Positions 51,367 to 63,860 of a stretch of 64,000 nucleotides of DNA are shown here, piece by piece (the stretch's first letter is position 1; every line of letters starts with the position of its first letter). Below the pieces are notes generated by a model, which was given only the letters and a program-made list of their open reading frames with translations, had not been told where the DNA came from and ran no database searches. The stretch comes from Felis catus (Eukaryota). A program made the position numbers and the translations under genes. The stretch is from the NCBI RefSeq assembly GCF_018350175.1, contig NC_058368.1, forward strand, positions 25,298,001 to 25,362,000. The letters are read 5' to 3'.

Positions 51367-52449
51367 TGGCAGCTTCAATTTTTAAATCCCAGTCTGATTA
51401 CACACAGCCTGCATCCAAAACCTGGGTGTTCTCAGCAGCCACACAGGCATTTTTGCCTTTACATCCCCCTTCACCAAATCAGATGCCTCATCCCAGATTC
51501 CTGCTACCCCCGAACAAATTTAGTTAGGGCACTGGAGAGATAATTCTCTATTGCTGGGAAACTCTCTTTTGTGTGTGCCTCTCCCCCTCTCGGAATCCTA
51601 ATATCCCTGCTGTTCAAATACCAGGTGTAATTCCAGGATTGAAAAATAGCATTCAGACCATTTCTTTTGCACAGTATGCATCAAGCATTCTTAACATGTT
51701 CCCTGTATGCACTGGGCCTTTGTAAATATATTACCCACTGGAGTAGGACAAATACAATGTTGTCAAGTGAATGGAACTGTGTATAAAGCAAAAGCTTTGA
51801 AAATAAATGCCCTGCTAGCAAAATTTGGAGAGGCACTGCAAAACTGTAGAGGAATGTTAAGTGCCTTGAAAGGCACATGGAAGAATGTTTTGGTCTGTGA
51901 AAACCCAGGGTACCGCGCCAGGCTGCACAAAACAGGTTACATTAAAAAGGGTCTACAACAGGATTTGGAACTTTTCAAAAGAATTTACATCAATATTTCC
52001 TTATGTGGAATATTCTACCAATACCTTTAAGATATAAATTGGCTTAGCCCTTGGCACAAGAATGCCTTCCAGACCCATAGCAAATGCTCGATGAATGCAA
52101 ATTGAATCAAGCTTCACGTCGTTTGTTTCATAAAGTCAAACACACACGCACGTGTATGCACATACACACACATGCACACACCAGCATTTGTCCTTTAAGA
52201 TATTTTTATAAGTTAATTGGCACCTATAAAATGAGCCCTGGAAATGACAAAACGGGCTCCCCTCTCTTAGGCTGATGGATTAATTACTAGAGACTAGTGC
52301 TGGAGCACTGTGTTGAGAAAGATTCTGAGGCCCCATTTCGCCCAAGAGGATGGAGAAGCCAGCGTGCCATTTATTTGTCTATCTGGTGGTAGATGTGAGT
52401 CTATCACAAAGAACACCGTCTTCTTCCTCTCTCAGGAGCTTAATTGCCT

Positions 52450-52670
52450 AGGCTGGCATGTCAGATCTCTCCCACTTATTAGTGCGTGAACTTGGGCAAG
52501 TCACCGAAGCCCTCTGTGTGCTGGTTTTCTTATCAATTAGGAATAACAACAGACATACCTTATAGGATATCTGTGAAGATTAAAGGGATTAAATCATGTA
52601 AAGCATTATGAACTCTGCCGGGCACATAGCATCGGAAGCCTAGGCAAGTGTTAGCTCCTTTTACTATTAC
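52450..52670 (+). mobile_element. MIR
   Basis: gtgaacttgggcaagtcac...gtgaagattaaa...gggcacatag. Confidence 0.75.
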
Positions 52671-52948
52671 TATTCATGTATTGTGTTATGTTCCATGACT
52701 CTCCTACCATTGACTTGTGAAGGGTAATTTATACTCTCCCCACCACACACCCCACCCACTCGGCTTGTGAAGTGGACTTAACAAAAAGAGAAGATGCAAT
52801 GGATTGGGGTGTGGGAGGGATCTGTGCCCCCCACCTAACTACTCTGCAGGCTGGTCAATTTCAGAGACTCCCATTGCCCTGGATAAATCAGGGTAGGGTC
52901 ATACTAACAACCTGTACCCTCCTCTCTTCTTTAAAGAAATAATTTTCA

Positions 52949-53163
52949 GGGCGCCTGGGTGGCGCAGTCGGTTAAGCGTCCGACTTCAGCCAGGTCACGA
53001 TCTCGCGGTCCGTGAGTTCGAGCCCCACGTCAGGCTCTGGGCTGAGGGCTCAGAGCCTGGAGCCTGTTTCCGATTCTGTGTCTCCCTCTCTCTCTGCCCC
53101 TCCCCCATTCATGCTCTGTCTCTCTCTGTCCCAAAAATAAATAAACGTTGAAAAAAAAAAAAA
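52949..53163 (+). mobile_element. Can-SINE (young type)
   Basis: TSD aaagaaataattttc. Confidence 0.95.
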
Positions 53164-54469
53164 AGAAATAATTTTCCCCACGGTCTGTGGGGGAAATCCA
53201 ATAAAATTAGATGAGCAACTTGAATATAAACACGGCATCATTTGCCACCGAATAATCAATAGCTCCGTGTGACTGATCTCCCCAAGAGGTTCCACGCAGG
53301 TTTCGTAAACCGTGGGTGTCCACGCTGCAGGTGTGATGTCAGGGTCAGATGATTCAGCACATGGTGGGGCCGCCTTTGACCTTGGGCATATCACTTAACG
53401 TTCTCTAAGTTTCAGTTTGCCTGTACGTAAAACTACCTTTCTTCACAGTGTGGTTGCAAAATGTAAGTGAAAAAGTATATCTGAAAATGCTTTGAAAGCT
53501 CTCCCACCTCCATTGTGAGGTGCAAAAATGCTCTTCTGATCTCATGTGGGCGGAAGGTGCTAGAAGGAAGTGCCATCTATGTTACTATCATGCCGTCGTA
53601 GAACAAGAAACCATTCCATAATGAGGCCCCTTTTGGTTTTTTTAGAACCCCAGAACTTCCTGAAGATGCATTCGGCTCGGTGTAAATAATACCGTAGAGC
53701 TGTCGCAGTATATTAATTTTGATTCATAATGTTTTTACCCAATTGTATTTTGATACGCGTAATCTGCCGGATTTGATTTTCTTTACCCTCGCTGCCCCCA
53801 CCCCCTCTCCCACAGCTCCAGATGCCGTTTGGCCCACATGCTATTATCATTCAGTGGCCATTTCCAGTTAAGAGTTGCCCCAACAACCCTTTCCAACAGG
53901 GTACCCAGCAGTTTTCTGTGTACTGAAGGAGAAAGGTTTGCAATATATTGATAAGGCAGGGACGGGAGAGCCAGCCAATTTGTCAGGCAGGAAACTTCAC
54001 AGATGGTGACAGAGCTTTGCAACCAGCCTGCCTTGAGTTGGAACTGGTGAGGGAGTTGCTGAGCCCCAAGGCCAGTCGCTCACAGCCTCCACTCTGCTCT
54101 GGAACAAACAGCATCACTTTCTGTACGTGTCTCTCTATGTGTCTTGCCCGAGGTCAGGAGCGCAGCGCAGCGGCATCGGCGTGTGTCGTGTATTTCACGA
54201 TCTTTGTCCCCTTAACTTCTCCCAGCCATTATTTGTCTCCACTTTGCAAATGCAGAACCTGGAGTCAGAGAGAGGGTAGGTGACTACTCCACGGTCACAG
54301 GAAGCCATTAAAGGAACCAGGACAGGCTCCCAAGGCTTCTCTTCTCTTCCTCTTGTAATCACCTCTGTCTTTTCTCCTTTCCTTCCTCCTTTCATTCTTT
54401 GTTTTGGCTTTTTAATAACTTATGTGCATATTTTAATTTTAGGAGAATGGCATTAAAAAAAATAAAATC

Positions 54470-54662
54470 TACTTTTGTTTATTTGTTTGTTTGCTTTTGA
54501 GAGAGAGAAAGCACACAAGCGAGGGAGAGAGAGAGAGAATCGCAACCAGGCACCATGCTCAGTGCAGCCGCCAAGGCGGGACTCGATCCCACAACCTGAG
54601 ATCAAGACCTGAGCTGAAATCAAGAGTCAGGTGCTCGACCAACTGAGCCACTCAGGCGCCCC
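54470..54662 (-). mobile_element. Can-SINE (older type)
   Basis: Reverse head ccactcaggcgcccc. Confidence 0.85.
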
Positions 54663-55577
54663 TTGCTTTTGTTCATTTTTTTCATTGAAAACTTGAAAAG
54701 CAGAGAGCAGCAAAACGTTGTCCGCTCTACCAACATTCAAATATAAATAGAGCTGATTCACTTTGTAGTGATTCTTATTCTGTCCTTCCACTCTTATTTC
54801 TTCTATATTTGGTGGTGGTGGTGCTCCTTGTTTTGTAGTTCGTTTGTTTTCACTGTTTTAGACATACGGTACGTGCAACTTTGTATTTTACTTTGTAACC
54901 GTGTCGTGACTTGAACATTTGCCCATGTCGTTTGGTTTTTGCAGACATCACTTTAACATCCAAGTAATATTCCTCAGTAATACTCTGTCTCGTGGGTAAA
55001 CTGTGGGTAAGGAAAAGTGTTGAACATCGAAGTTCCAGACTTCAAATTCTGGTTCTTATCTCTTTCCTCCTTCCATTCTACCAGTCTCTATTATGAGAAT
55101 TGGTGGCATATTTTATCCCAGTTGTGCACGAAATTCCTAACGTATCATTCCAGGCAAATGGGTAATTAAATGACACAAACAGCCTCTTTGACATTAAAAC
55201 TAAATTGTAAAATATTTATATTTTAATATTAAAATATTAACATGTATATTAATTAATATTTGTGTTACGTTTAATACTCGTATTAAAATATTAATATTTT
55301 GAACCCCAGTTACCTCTTCCGTACAGATAGCCTTCACCTCGGGACAGAAGGAGGCCTGTCTGATAACCCGAAGATTAACAAAGCAAACTTGAATTTCCAA
55401 AATCCATGCTTTCATGAACATTATCTTCTTGAGTTCTCCTTGACTTTATGAAACTTAGCCTTGTAATTTCTAAAGGAAACCATTAAGAGAGACAATACTA
55501 ACGACAAGTAAAAATAGAAAAATTCTACAAATCGGGGCCTCTCCACCCCAAACCCAGCATCACATACTTGACAGCAC

Positions 55578-56015
55578 TTTTTTTTTTTAATGTTTTATTT
55601 ATTTTTAAGACAGAGACATAGCACGAGCGGGGAGGGGCAGAGAGAGAGAGGGAGACACAGAATCCAAAGCAGGCTCCAGGCTCTGAGCTGTCAGCACTGA
55701 GTCCGACACGGGGCTCGAACTCACGAACTGTGAGATCATGACCTGAGCCGGAGTCGGACGCTCAACCGCCTGAGCCACCCGGGCGCCCCGACCACACATT
55801 TTTTTTTTTTTTCAACGTTTATTTATTTTTGGGACAGAGAGAGACAGAGCATGAACGGGGGAGGGGCAGAGAGAGAGGGAGACACAGAATCGGAAACAGG
55901 CTCCAGGCTCCGAGCCATCAGCCCAGAGCCTGACGCGGGGCTCGAACTCACGGACTGCGAGATCGTGACCTGGCTGAAGTCGGATGCTTAACCGACTGCA
56001 CCACCCAGGCACCCC
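55578..56015 (-). mobile_element. two adjacent Can-SINEs (55578-55789; 55799-56015 young)
   Basis: Second copy flanked by TSD gaccacacattttt. Confidence 0.95.
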
Positions 56016-56091
56016 TGGACCACACATTTTTAAACAAGAAAAAAAAAATGCCTTCTTTTTTTTCAATATTGTCCTGTTCTTTTTCCAATAG

Positions 56092-56137
56092 AATTCAATA
56101 TGATGTATTCATGGAAAAGCCTGCCTATCCTTACAAG
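56092..56137 (+). CDS. ERICH6B: ERICH6B small coding exon (46 bp)
   Basis: Acceptor gtcctgttctttttccaatag| and donor AAG|gtaata. Phase 1 in, phase 2 out, joining both neighbours in frame. Encodes EFNMMYSWKSLPILTR versus recalled human EPKASYSSQTMLLRDAR. Confidence 0.75.
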
Positions 56138-57212
56138 GTAATAGTTTTCTTTTTGGATAAATCGGATGGAAATTCGTGCTTAGGGATGCTGCTTCCAGAG
56201 CCTTTGCGTCCCGAAACCGGGGAGTAGGGGGGTGGGGTGGCGGTGCAGGGGACAGGCCCCCTGGAGAAGGAGGGGTTGTGGTGGAGGGACGGGGGTCTTG
56301 GGGAGTCACACAGAAAGGACCTCCCACCACTGCCTTCTGCCACTCGGCCACTCACAGGGTGAGGGACAGTTCCCAAGGTCCGATTCCTGGACGCCCAGCA
56401 CTACAGAGAGGAAAGGGCAGGTGCCATCTGAGTCCGCACACAAGGTCTCAACCTGGGAGAGGTGGCAAGGGGCTTGCGGCCGTGCTCACCGTAAACACAA
56501 TGCCCAGAAGAGAGTTGCCATCTGCCTCGTTCAGACATGTAAATGCCTCCTTCTATGCGCTCAGCTCTGCAGAAACCAAGGTGGGGGGTACCCCCGACTT
56601 CCCACTCACAGGCCTAGTCCTTGTGTCTCCTCCCCCACAATCCCTCCCCAAAGGATGATGGGGGGGGGTGGGGGGGGGGGACATTTGTGTCCACCGGTGA
56701 AGTGGGTTGGCATTAGATACAAAGAAAGCACGAGGCCAGTTCGGTTATGGTGAGACGCAGGAAGGAGACCCCTGCTGATCCGCATTCGGAGCCCACAGGT
56801 TACAACTTGAGGGCTACCCCTCAGCCCCGCGAGCCCGCCGGGTCCTGCACTCCAGGCTGCACACTGCGGGAGGCTGAGCACCGTGGGTCTGACGGCCTCG
56901 CCTCCACTGAAGCAACACTTCAAAGGGAGGGGCTCTTCCAAGGCCCCTTCACCTCCGTTGCTGACACCCACAGCGTGTTAAGCAATGTGGCAGGGACCAC
57001 TGGAAAGGCTGTGACTGGAACAGGGACTCGAGCACCAGGCTGCTTGGGTTTGAATGTCAGTGGCTCCACCCAGCCAGCTGTGTGCCCCAGGGCAGCCACG
57101 TAATCTCCTGCGGCCCCAGACTCTTCCTTCATAAAATGCGGACAGTAAGAATTTCAGCCGTATGAGGCTGTGGTCGGGATGAAAGGAGTAGTAACTCACA
57201 GGGCTCCCTGAG

Positions 57213-57438
57213 GGGGCGCCTGGGTGGCTCAGTCAGTTAAGCATCCGACTTCAGCTCAGGTCACGATCTCGCGGTCCGTGAGTTCGAGCCCCGCGTCGGG
57301 CTCTGGGCTGACGCCTCGGAGCCTGGAGCCTGCTTCCGATTCTGTGTCTCACTCTCTCTCTGCCCCTGCCCCATTCATGCTCTGTCTCTCTCTGTCTCAA
57401 AAATAAATAAAACGTTAAAAAAAAAATTTAAAAAAATA
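57213..57438 (+). mobile_element. Can-SINE inserted in a MIR
   Basis: TSD agggctccctgag. Confidence 0.95.
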
Positions 57439-59776
57439 AGGGCTCCCTGAGAACCGTGCCGAGTGCACACGACGTGTTCAGTAAGCGCTGTGGCTCGTTG
57501 TCATTCCTGGCCTGCTCCCCAGGAGCCACCGCCTGGAAACTTAGCACGCCTGCGGCAAGTCATGATTCCTGGTCAGCTTTGACCTAAACGTATGCATCCT
57601 TCCAGCCCTTTATTCATATTCCAGCTGAGTGGCTTTCCTGTCACCGAGGAGTGCATGAGGATCGGAGGGGCCCTGGGGCCTCACCTGTGTCTGTCACACG
57701 CTTTTTGGCTTGGCTCCCAGAGTCCAGGTCTGGGCCATGGGTGCTCAGAGAGCCCCTGGCTTTTCCTGGCACAAGGTTGCTGAGACACTGAAACTGTGCA
57801 AACCACTGCAGGCAGGACGTGTTACACTCATATGTGTTTGTTAAGGCAGGGGGTGGGAAAAGGAAGCAGGTTCAGGTTCAGCAGCGTTTCGTGGGTCCCT
57901 GATAAACAGGAAGGCTCCCGCTCCCACTTCTACACGCATGCCCTGAAGGTCCCCCACCCCGAGCACACCAGGCCCCTCCCCCACTCTGAAACAGCTGACC
58001 ACGCAGGCCTGCAACCATCCACGCTCCCCAGGATCCAGGATCCATGGCTCTTCCTGAACCCTTGCACTGCAGACGGGGCAGGGAGCTGGCGTTTGGCTCA
58101 GGAGGCCAGAACCCCAGCCCCGCCTCCACAGGTGCCCCAGAGACCCTCCACCGTCCCAGCCCAAGGCAGGTGTGGCAGGGAGGACGTTGAGTAAATGCAC
58201 ATGGCGATGGCAATGGCCGGATAGGGCCACCATTACCTTAAGTATAACCCCCTCATCGTGTTCGGCTGCTTTGACTTCTCAGAGTCCTTTCATGGGGACT
58301 TGCATTACCTCTCGGGGTCACCAGGGAGTGAGACAGGACAGGCATCATCCCGCTAAAAAGAGAAAGCCCAGGAGAGTCTCCTGATCTGGCCTCGAGGCCC
58401 GGAACAGGGCAAGGGTTGACACTTGCCTGAAGAGCTTACCTATGTCCCCTAGTTCTCGATCCCTGTGGTCACCTGATCTAGGATCTGCCATCCCACTGCT
58501 CCTTTTTAATGGCGCATCCTGAGAACACAGCCACTTTGCCCTAGCCGCAGGCTGGCACAGACCCAGGCCTTCCCACGGGTCCCTTGGAAGTGAAACGAGA
58601 TCTGTCTGTAGCTCCCACAGGCACTGAGCCTCCCGGATACGGCAAGTGGCCTCCTCCCCTCTCCCTCAACCTCTTCACCCCCCAGCCTCAGAATGCAGCC
58701 CCCTCCCCGTCCCCCTCTGCGTAGGGGAACCCTGACCCACACAGGGCACAGGCCTGTCGCTGAAGGGCCACCGAACCCAGTAAGAACCTTCTGGGACCTT
58801 ACCTCCCCAGTGAGAACAACAGCAGCCAAGACCACATTGCCCACTCTCGTCTCATCCCCACCGGCGGGGACCTATGAGGGAAGGTACGATTATCAGAAAG
58901 GTGCAGAAGCCGAAGCCCAGAGAAGTTAAGTAGGTTACCCAAAGTTACTCCACAATCGTGCAAGAGCCAAGATCTAAGCTCGGGTCGTTTGGCACCGAAG
59001 TCCGTGCTTTGTCTACCAACCCCAGTCGCCACCCATTTGGGTTGGCGGTGTCCCTCACGCTTGTCTCTGCCATTCGACCGGTTTACATGAGGTGACCTCA
59101 GGGCTGAAATACCCCCAAAGACCCCTCTCATCCCTTTGAATTATGGGCTTTTGTTCCCACTTAAAAGCCAGAGATTCCCGAGGAAGAACACAGCTGTGGT
59201 GTTTGGGGGTTGCCCCTTTTGATACTAAGCTGTCAAATGGCAGGATCTCTGCCTCACAGCCACTGCTCTGTCATCAGGCCCTGTGGAAACCTTTCTCCAT
59301 AATGGCGGTATCTGTGGTGGGCAGACTAGAGGGGACAGGCCTCAGGGCTTGATTTTAGCTGCAGCATCTACTCTGGTATTTTTTTTCCACTCTCTGAGGC
59401 AGCAGTGAGGCCAAAAGGGCCACTGAAATGGGCAGGGTCATAACGAGGAAGGACAGAGAATGCTCTGCAACACTAGAGTGTCAGCAATGGAAGCCTGGCC
59501 CATTGGCCTTTGAAGGCATCCGTAGAGACTTCTACTCCAAACGAAGCAGCAGTTGGCGATGTGGGGCTGCGCCGCCCGGAATGGCTCATGGGCCTATTTA
59601 CCACCATCTACGAGCTGGTCCCTCTCAACCTGCGACATCCACCATCTGGGATGGGCAGAGTCTGCAGGAGACGGAGGATAGCACCCCACCCCCACTTTCC
59701 CAGCAGGCCTTAGAACCCAGCGCCTACCCGGACCCCTGTGTGGAAGTTGACCCGCCCCTGTGCTCCCTTCTGACAG

Positions 59777-59952
59777 GGAACCCGCTCAGGGGACCACCTT
59801 CTACGCCGCCCCCCCTTTCATCTCTGAATTGCCCCACGAGTCTCCATACCATGATGCGATGCCTTCCACATCCTCCGTGCAGCAAGATGGAGAACTTCTG
59901 GCCTGGCATGACGAGAGCACGCAGACAGAATGGATCTATGAGAGTAAGTTGG
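59777..59952 (+). CDS. ERICH6B: ERICH6B coding exon (short, frame-preserving form)
   Basis: Acceptor tgctcccttctgacag|, phase 2 in; donors at 59944 (gtaagt) and 59953 (gtaagg), both phase 1. EPAQGTTF...STQTEWIYE resembles recalled human GPSQVTTF...ASQTDWCYD. The 5' boundary is uncertain (see findings). Confidence 0.75.
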
Positions 59953-60201
59953 GTAAGGGGAGCTGCCCCCTGCTGGCCGTCACACAGGGGGCTGGAGGGG
60001 GCATGCATTCCGTGCGTGCCAAAGAGCGGGGCTCCCGCATTGCCCCTCATGCTGATGACAGATATTTCTTCCCGTGCCATTCGATATGGTACTTTAGGGA
60101 AAAAGTTAAACTCCTCTACTAGCCCTGCCACCCCCATCCTCCAGCCCAGACCCCCCTCAGAGAAAGAGCATCAGCAAAGTGCTAAAACAAATACCTTTTT
60201 C

Positions 60202-60642
60202 GGGGCGCCTGGGTGGCGCAGTCGGTTAAGCGTCCGACTTCAGCTCAGGTCACGATCTCGCGGTCTGTGAGTTCGAGCCCCGCGTCGGGCTCTGGGCTGA
60301 TGGCTCAGAGCCTGGAGCCTGCTTCCGATTCTGTGTCTCCCTCTCTCTCTGCCCCTCCCTGTCTCACGCTCTGTCTCTCTCTCAAAAATAAATAAACATT
60401 AAGATAATAATAATAAATAGGGGCGCCTGGGTGGTGCAGTCGGTTAAGCGTCTGACTTCAGCCAGGTCACGATCTTGCGGTCTGTGAGTTCGAGCCCCGC
60501 GTCAGGCTCTGGGCTGATGGCTCAGAGCCTGGAGCCTGCTTCCGATTCTGTGTCTCCCTCTCTCTCTGCCCCTCGCCCGTTCATGCTCTCTCTCTCTCTC
60601 TGTCCCAAAAATAAATAAAAGTTGAAAAAAAAATTAAAAAAA
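60202..60642 (+). mobile_element. head-to-tail Can-SINE pair (60202-60419, 60420-60642)
   Basis: Single outer TSD aaatacctttttc. Confidence 0.95.
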
Positions 60643-63630
60643 AAATACCTTTTTCAATCTTCCCCTCTCTTTTCATTAGCCTTCCTGTCCCCGTTCTACA
60701 TGAACACAGGCCCTATTTCCCTCGGGGACACAGGCCATTACCTTCCCAGATTACAGACTGGTTCCTCGGGGTGACGGGCTGTATCCGGATGATCACGTGG
60801 ACAGTGGCAAATGGGATTCTGTCTCAGCAGGCAGGCAAAGCCAGCCCGAATGCAGAACCAGCCAAAATCATCGGCAGCGTGAACTTTTGTAGCCACAACC
60901 TGGAGACACTCCAGAGACAGTTTGGCAAGATTGCGTTGAGAATCTTAATCCTCTACCCAATTAAGCCCAAAGTCCCCTCACTCTAGGATCCCGGGACGGA
61001 ACACTGAATAGCATTTCTTGCCGTTATTAATAATTTAAATCCCGCCTTCGTGAGATTGATCCATCACGGGTTCACAGATTCATTTCACATCTGTAGTCAT
61101 GGCAGCGGTAAATTAGATTCCCCCATCACCCCTCCCCCCTTCCCTGCCTGCATCCGTGCCTGCTATATTTTGTAGCTCAAATGTGGTTAAATGAAATTAA
61201 GAGCCCGAAACCCTATGAGGGAGGGGGGAGAGGCCGAGGGCAGGGCCACGCAGGCCAGGAGCCCAGTGGCGCGGGCAGCCCAGGCGGGATGAAGAGTATG
61301 TTATGGGCTAAATCAGTTCGTGTGGGACTTCGGTCAGCACGTGAGCTCCGAGGGAGCCCTGAGAACTGGAACCGTTTCAAAGTCAATAAGCATGACAGCT
61401 GGGGAGAATCTGAGCATTTATCTAAATATTCATAAGCAGGATTCTTAAAGCCATTTACTGGGTAATAGCCTGTAAAGGGCCAGTGCTAAGCTTGAAAGGA
61501 TGTGGGAGGGAAGAAAGAAGATAGAAGAAGGCAGGGGGGAGGGAAGGGGGGCACCAAAGCCTGTCCTTATAGCTGTGGACCCACCTCCAGAGAGAGAGAG
61601 AGCCTCCTGCCGTCACTGTTTTATCTGACATGTTCATTCATGATCCTTTCGGTCCCTAAGCTTAATTTACAGAGCTAGTCATGTCTGTGTCTAATTTAGG
61701 TCTGAAGCACTCTGCATATTTGGTCTGTAGGGGCACGTTTTGCAGCTAAGTGTCTTTTTAACACTGAGTTCTTTACAGCCAGCATATGTTTGGTGTTTAT
61801 TAAAAGTCTAGCCACCCACGGGAAGTGCCTGCTGATCAAATACTGTGACATGGGTGGCTTGGGCCAAAGATGTGCTCTGGGTTGGAGGCTCTAGGCCAGG
61901 ACCAGGGACACACCCAGGTTCCTGCATTTACGTGAAGGGGTGGTGCTCACAGCAGAGGTTGAAACACAAGGGACAGCAGGCAATTCTCTAAAATTTGTGG
62001 AGGTTTTTCTTTCCCCTTCTGCCTTGGATCTGCAAGCCATCCTTTGGAGAGCACGGCTAACAGTTGGGCCAAACGTGCCTATAATAGGTACATGATTATG
62101 TCTGGGCAATGGGATGGGGCAGACAGATGGCAAAGATACTTCCTTCTGAAGTGAAAGAGCTGTAAGAGAAAGTGACGGCGTGCAGGAAAAAACCAGGAAG
62201 TACGGAGGTCCAGGAAGGTGGAAGGGCTCAAACCCACGTCAAGAGGAGAGAGAGGAAAGTGACACAGGGAAAATGATGCGTGGGTGACGGGGTGGGGCCC
62301 ATGTCATGAAGGAAAGCCAGTCCTTGTGCGGCTGGAGTACAGAACACTAAGGACTCCCAAGGAGGCAAGACACAAAAAAGAATCTGCTCTCAGCCCGGGG
62401 CAGGAGCCAGCCACCCACTTGTTGGAGAAACACAGACATTCAAGGCAAAAAACAAGCCAAAACGCTGGCTGTGTAGGGCTGAGGGCCAGTGGGAACAGCA
62501 GAGGTGAGAGCAGGCATCGATAATGCGATTCCTCCGGGTCCGGGACTGTGCATCCCTGTCCCAGATTTCCTGTAAAGATGCAGACGTCCAGCCTTATCAG
62601 GATCCCTGTCTGCATTCTTAACAACATCCCCAGAGGATTCATAGGCACAGGAATATTGGAGAACCAGAGAACCTCAAGTGGAGGATAAATTTCACGGGGG
62701 CTAGGTTCCTCTTTTTAAAGCATTGGTAAGTTATGGGATTGTTCAACCCCCGCGGGCCAGAAACAGCATTTTACATGGCAAGGCCCTTCTCAACAAATAA
62801 GACTTTGAACCGAATATGGAGGGAAAACACCCAGATAAATCCTTGAAACCTATTACGACGGAGAGTGGCAGTCTGATACTGAAGGAATGCTAACGGCACA
62901 AGAAATGCCTCATGACGTATATAAGGAAGTGTTCCGAGGGAGGACCAGAAAGGCTATTGATGGCCTCAGCTGTCTACCTACCCAGGCACAGAGCAGGATC
63001 GTGAAGAACTGCAGAAGTTCTAACACAGAGCATTATGCCCATGGCTGTAAAAATCCTCAAGACTTAGTGCCTGGCACATAGTAAGCCTGTGTGAGCATAC
63101 TGTAAATATTTGTTAAATCCTTGCAAAATTGTTGTTGAATCCTCACCTGATTCAGGGCCAGATATGGTGATAGGAGGGTGTATCCTACTCCCCAAAAAAA
63201 GTCTTGGTAGGAAGGGGGCCCCGTATAGAAAGATGTGTATACAAAGAGATACTGTCCGTATAGGAATGTGGGTGGGGATAAACAGAGGGAGGAAGGGCTG
63301 TCAGTGGAGTTTATCTCAAGCCACCTGGCCGGATGGGGGAAGACGGTTGGAAAACTCCCCAAAGTGCAGACCAGTGCCGTTTCCTCCAGTAGACTCAGAT
63401 TTTGAAAGATCACACGCAGAGGCTAAAAAGATGAGAAGGTTACCTGTGATAAAGGTAGGAAAATGGCTCAAACTTAAGAATAGTGGCAGGAGGGCTGAAG
63501 CCCAGGACAAACTTATTCTTCCCAAAAAGTCATTGCTGTCACCATCCCCCTCACCACCACCATCATCATCATTATCATGCAGGCAGCCACAAAAAAAAAA
63601 AGAGGGTCCTTTTACAATATGATTAGGGTT

Positions 63631-63860
63631 GGGCGCCTGGGTGGCTCAGTCAGTTAAGCCTCCAACTTCGGCTCAGGTCATGATCTCACAGCTTGTGAGC
63701 TCGAGCCCCGCGTCGGGCTCTGTGCTGACGGCTCAGAGCCTGGAGCCTGCTTCGGATTCTGGGTCTCCCTCTCTCTCTGCCCTTCCCCCACTTGCGCTCT
63801 TTCTCTCTCTCTCTCTCACAAAAATAAATAAACGTTAAAGATTTTTTAGAAATAAATAAA
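63631..63860 (+). mobile_element. Can-SINE
   Basis: TSD aatatgattrgg. Confidence 0.95.

Noticed and set aside
51373..51425. Candidate small ERICH6B exon (ASIFKSQSDY...)
   Set aside because: The acceptor tract is a simple repeat and there is no good phase-2 donor; 56092-56137 fits better.
53816..53867. Candidate small exon after ccccctctcccacag
   Set aside because: No GT at the frame-compatible position and no similarity to the expected peptide.
59428..60270. 280-aa ORF as a stand-alone gene
   Set aside because: It overlaps the ERICH6B exon in a shifted frame and runs into intron and SINE; only its 5' part may be meaningful (see findings).
40..63838. Many similar short ORFs (MGQRETEHER..., MAQSVK...SAQVMIS..., GAPGWRSRLSVRLQ...)
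   Set aside because: They are translations of Can-SINE copies, not a gene family.
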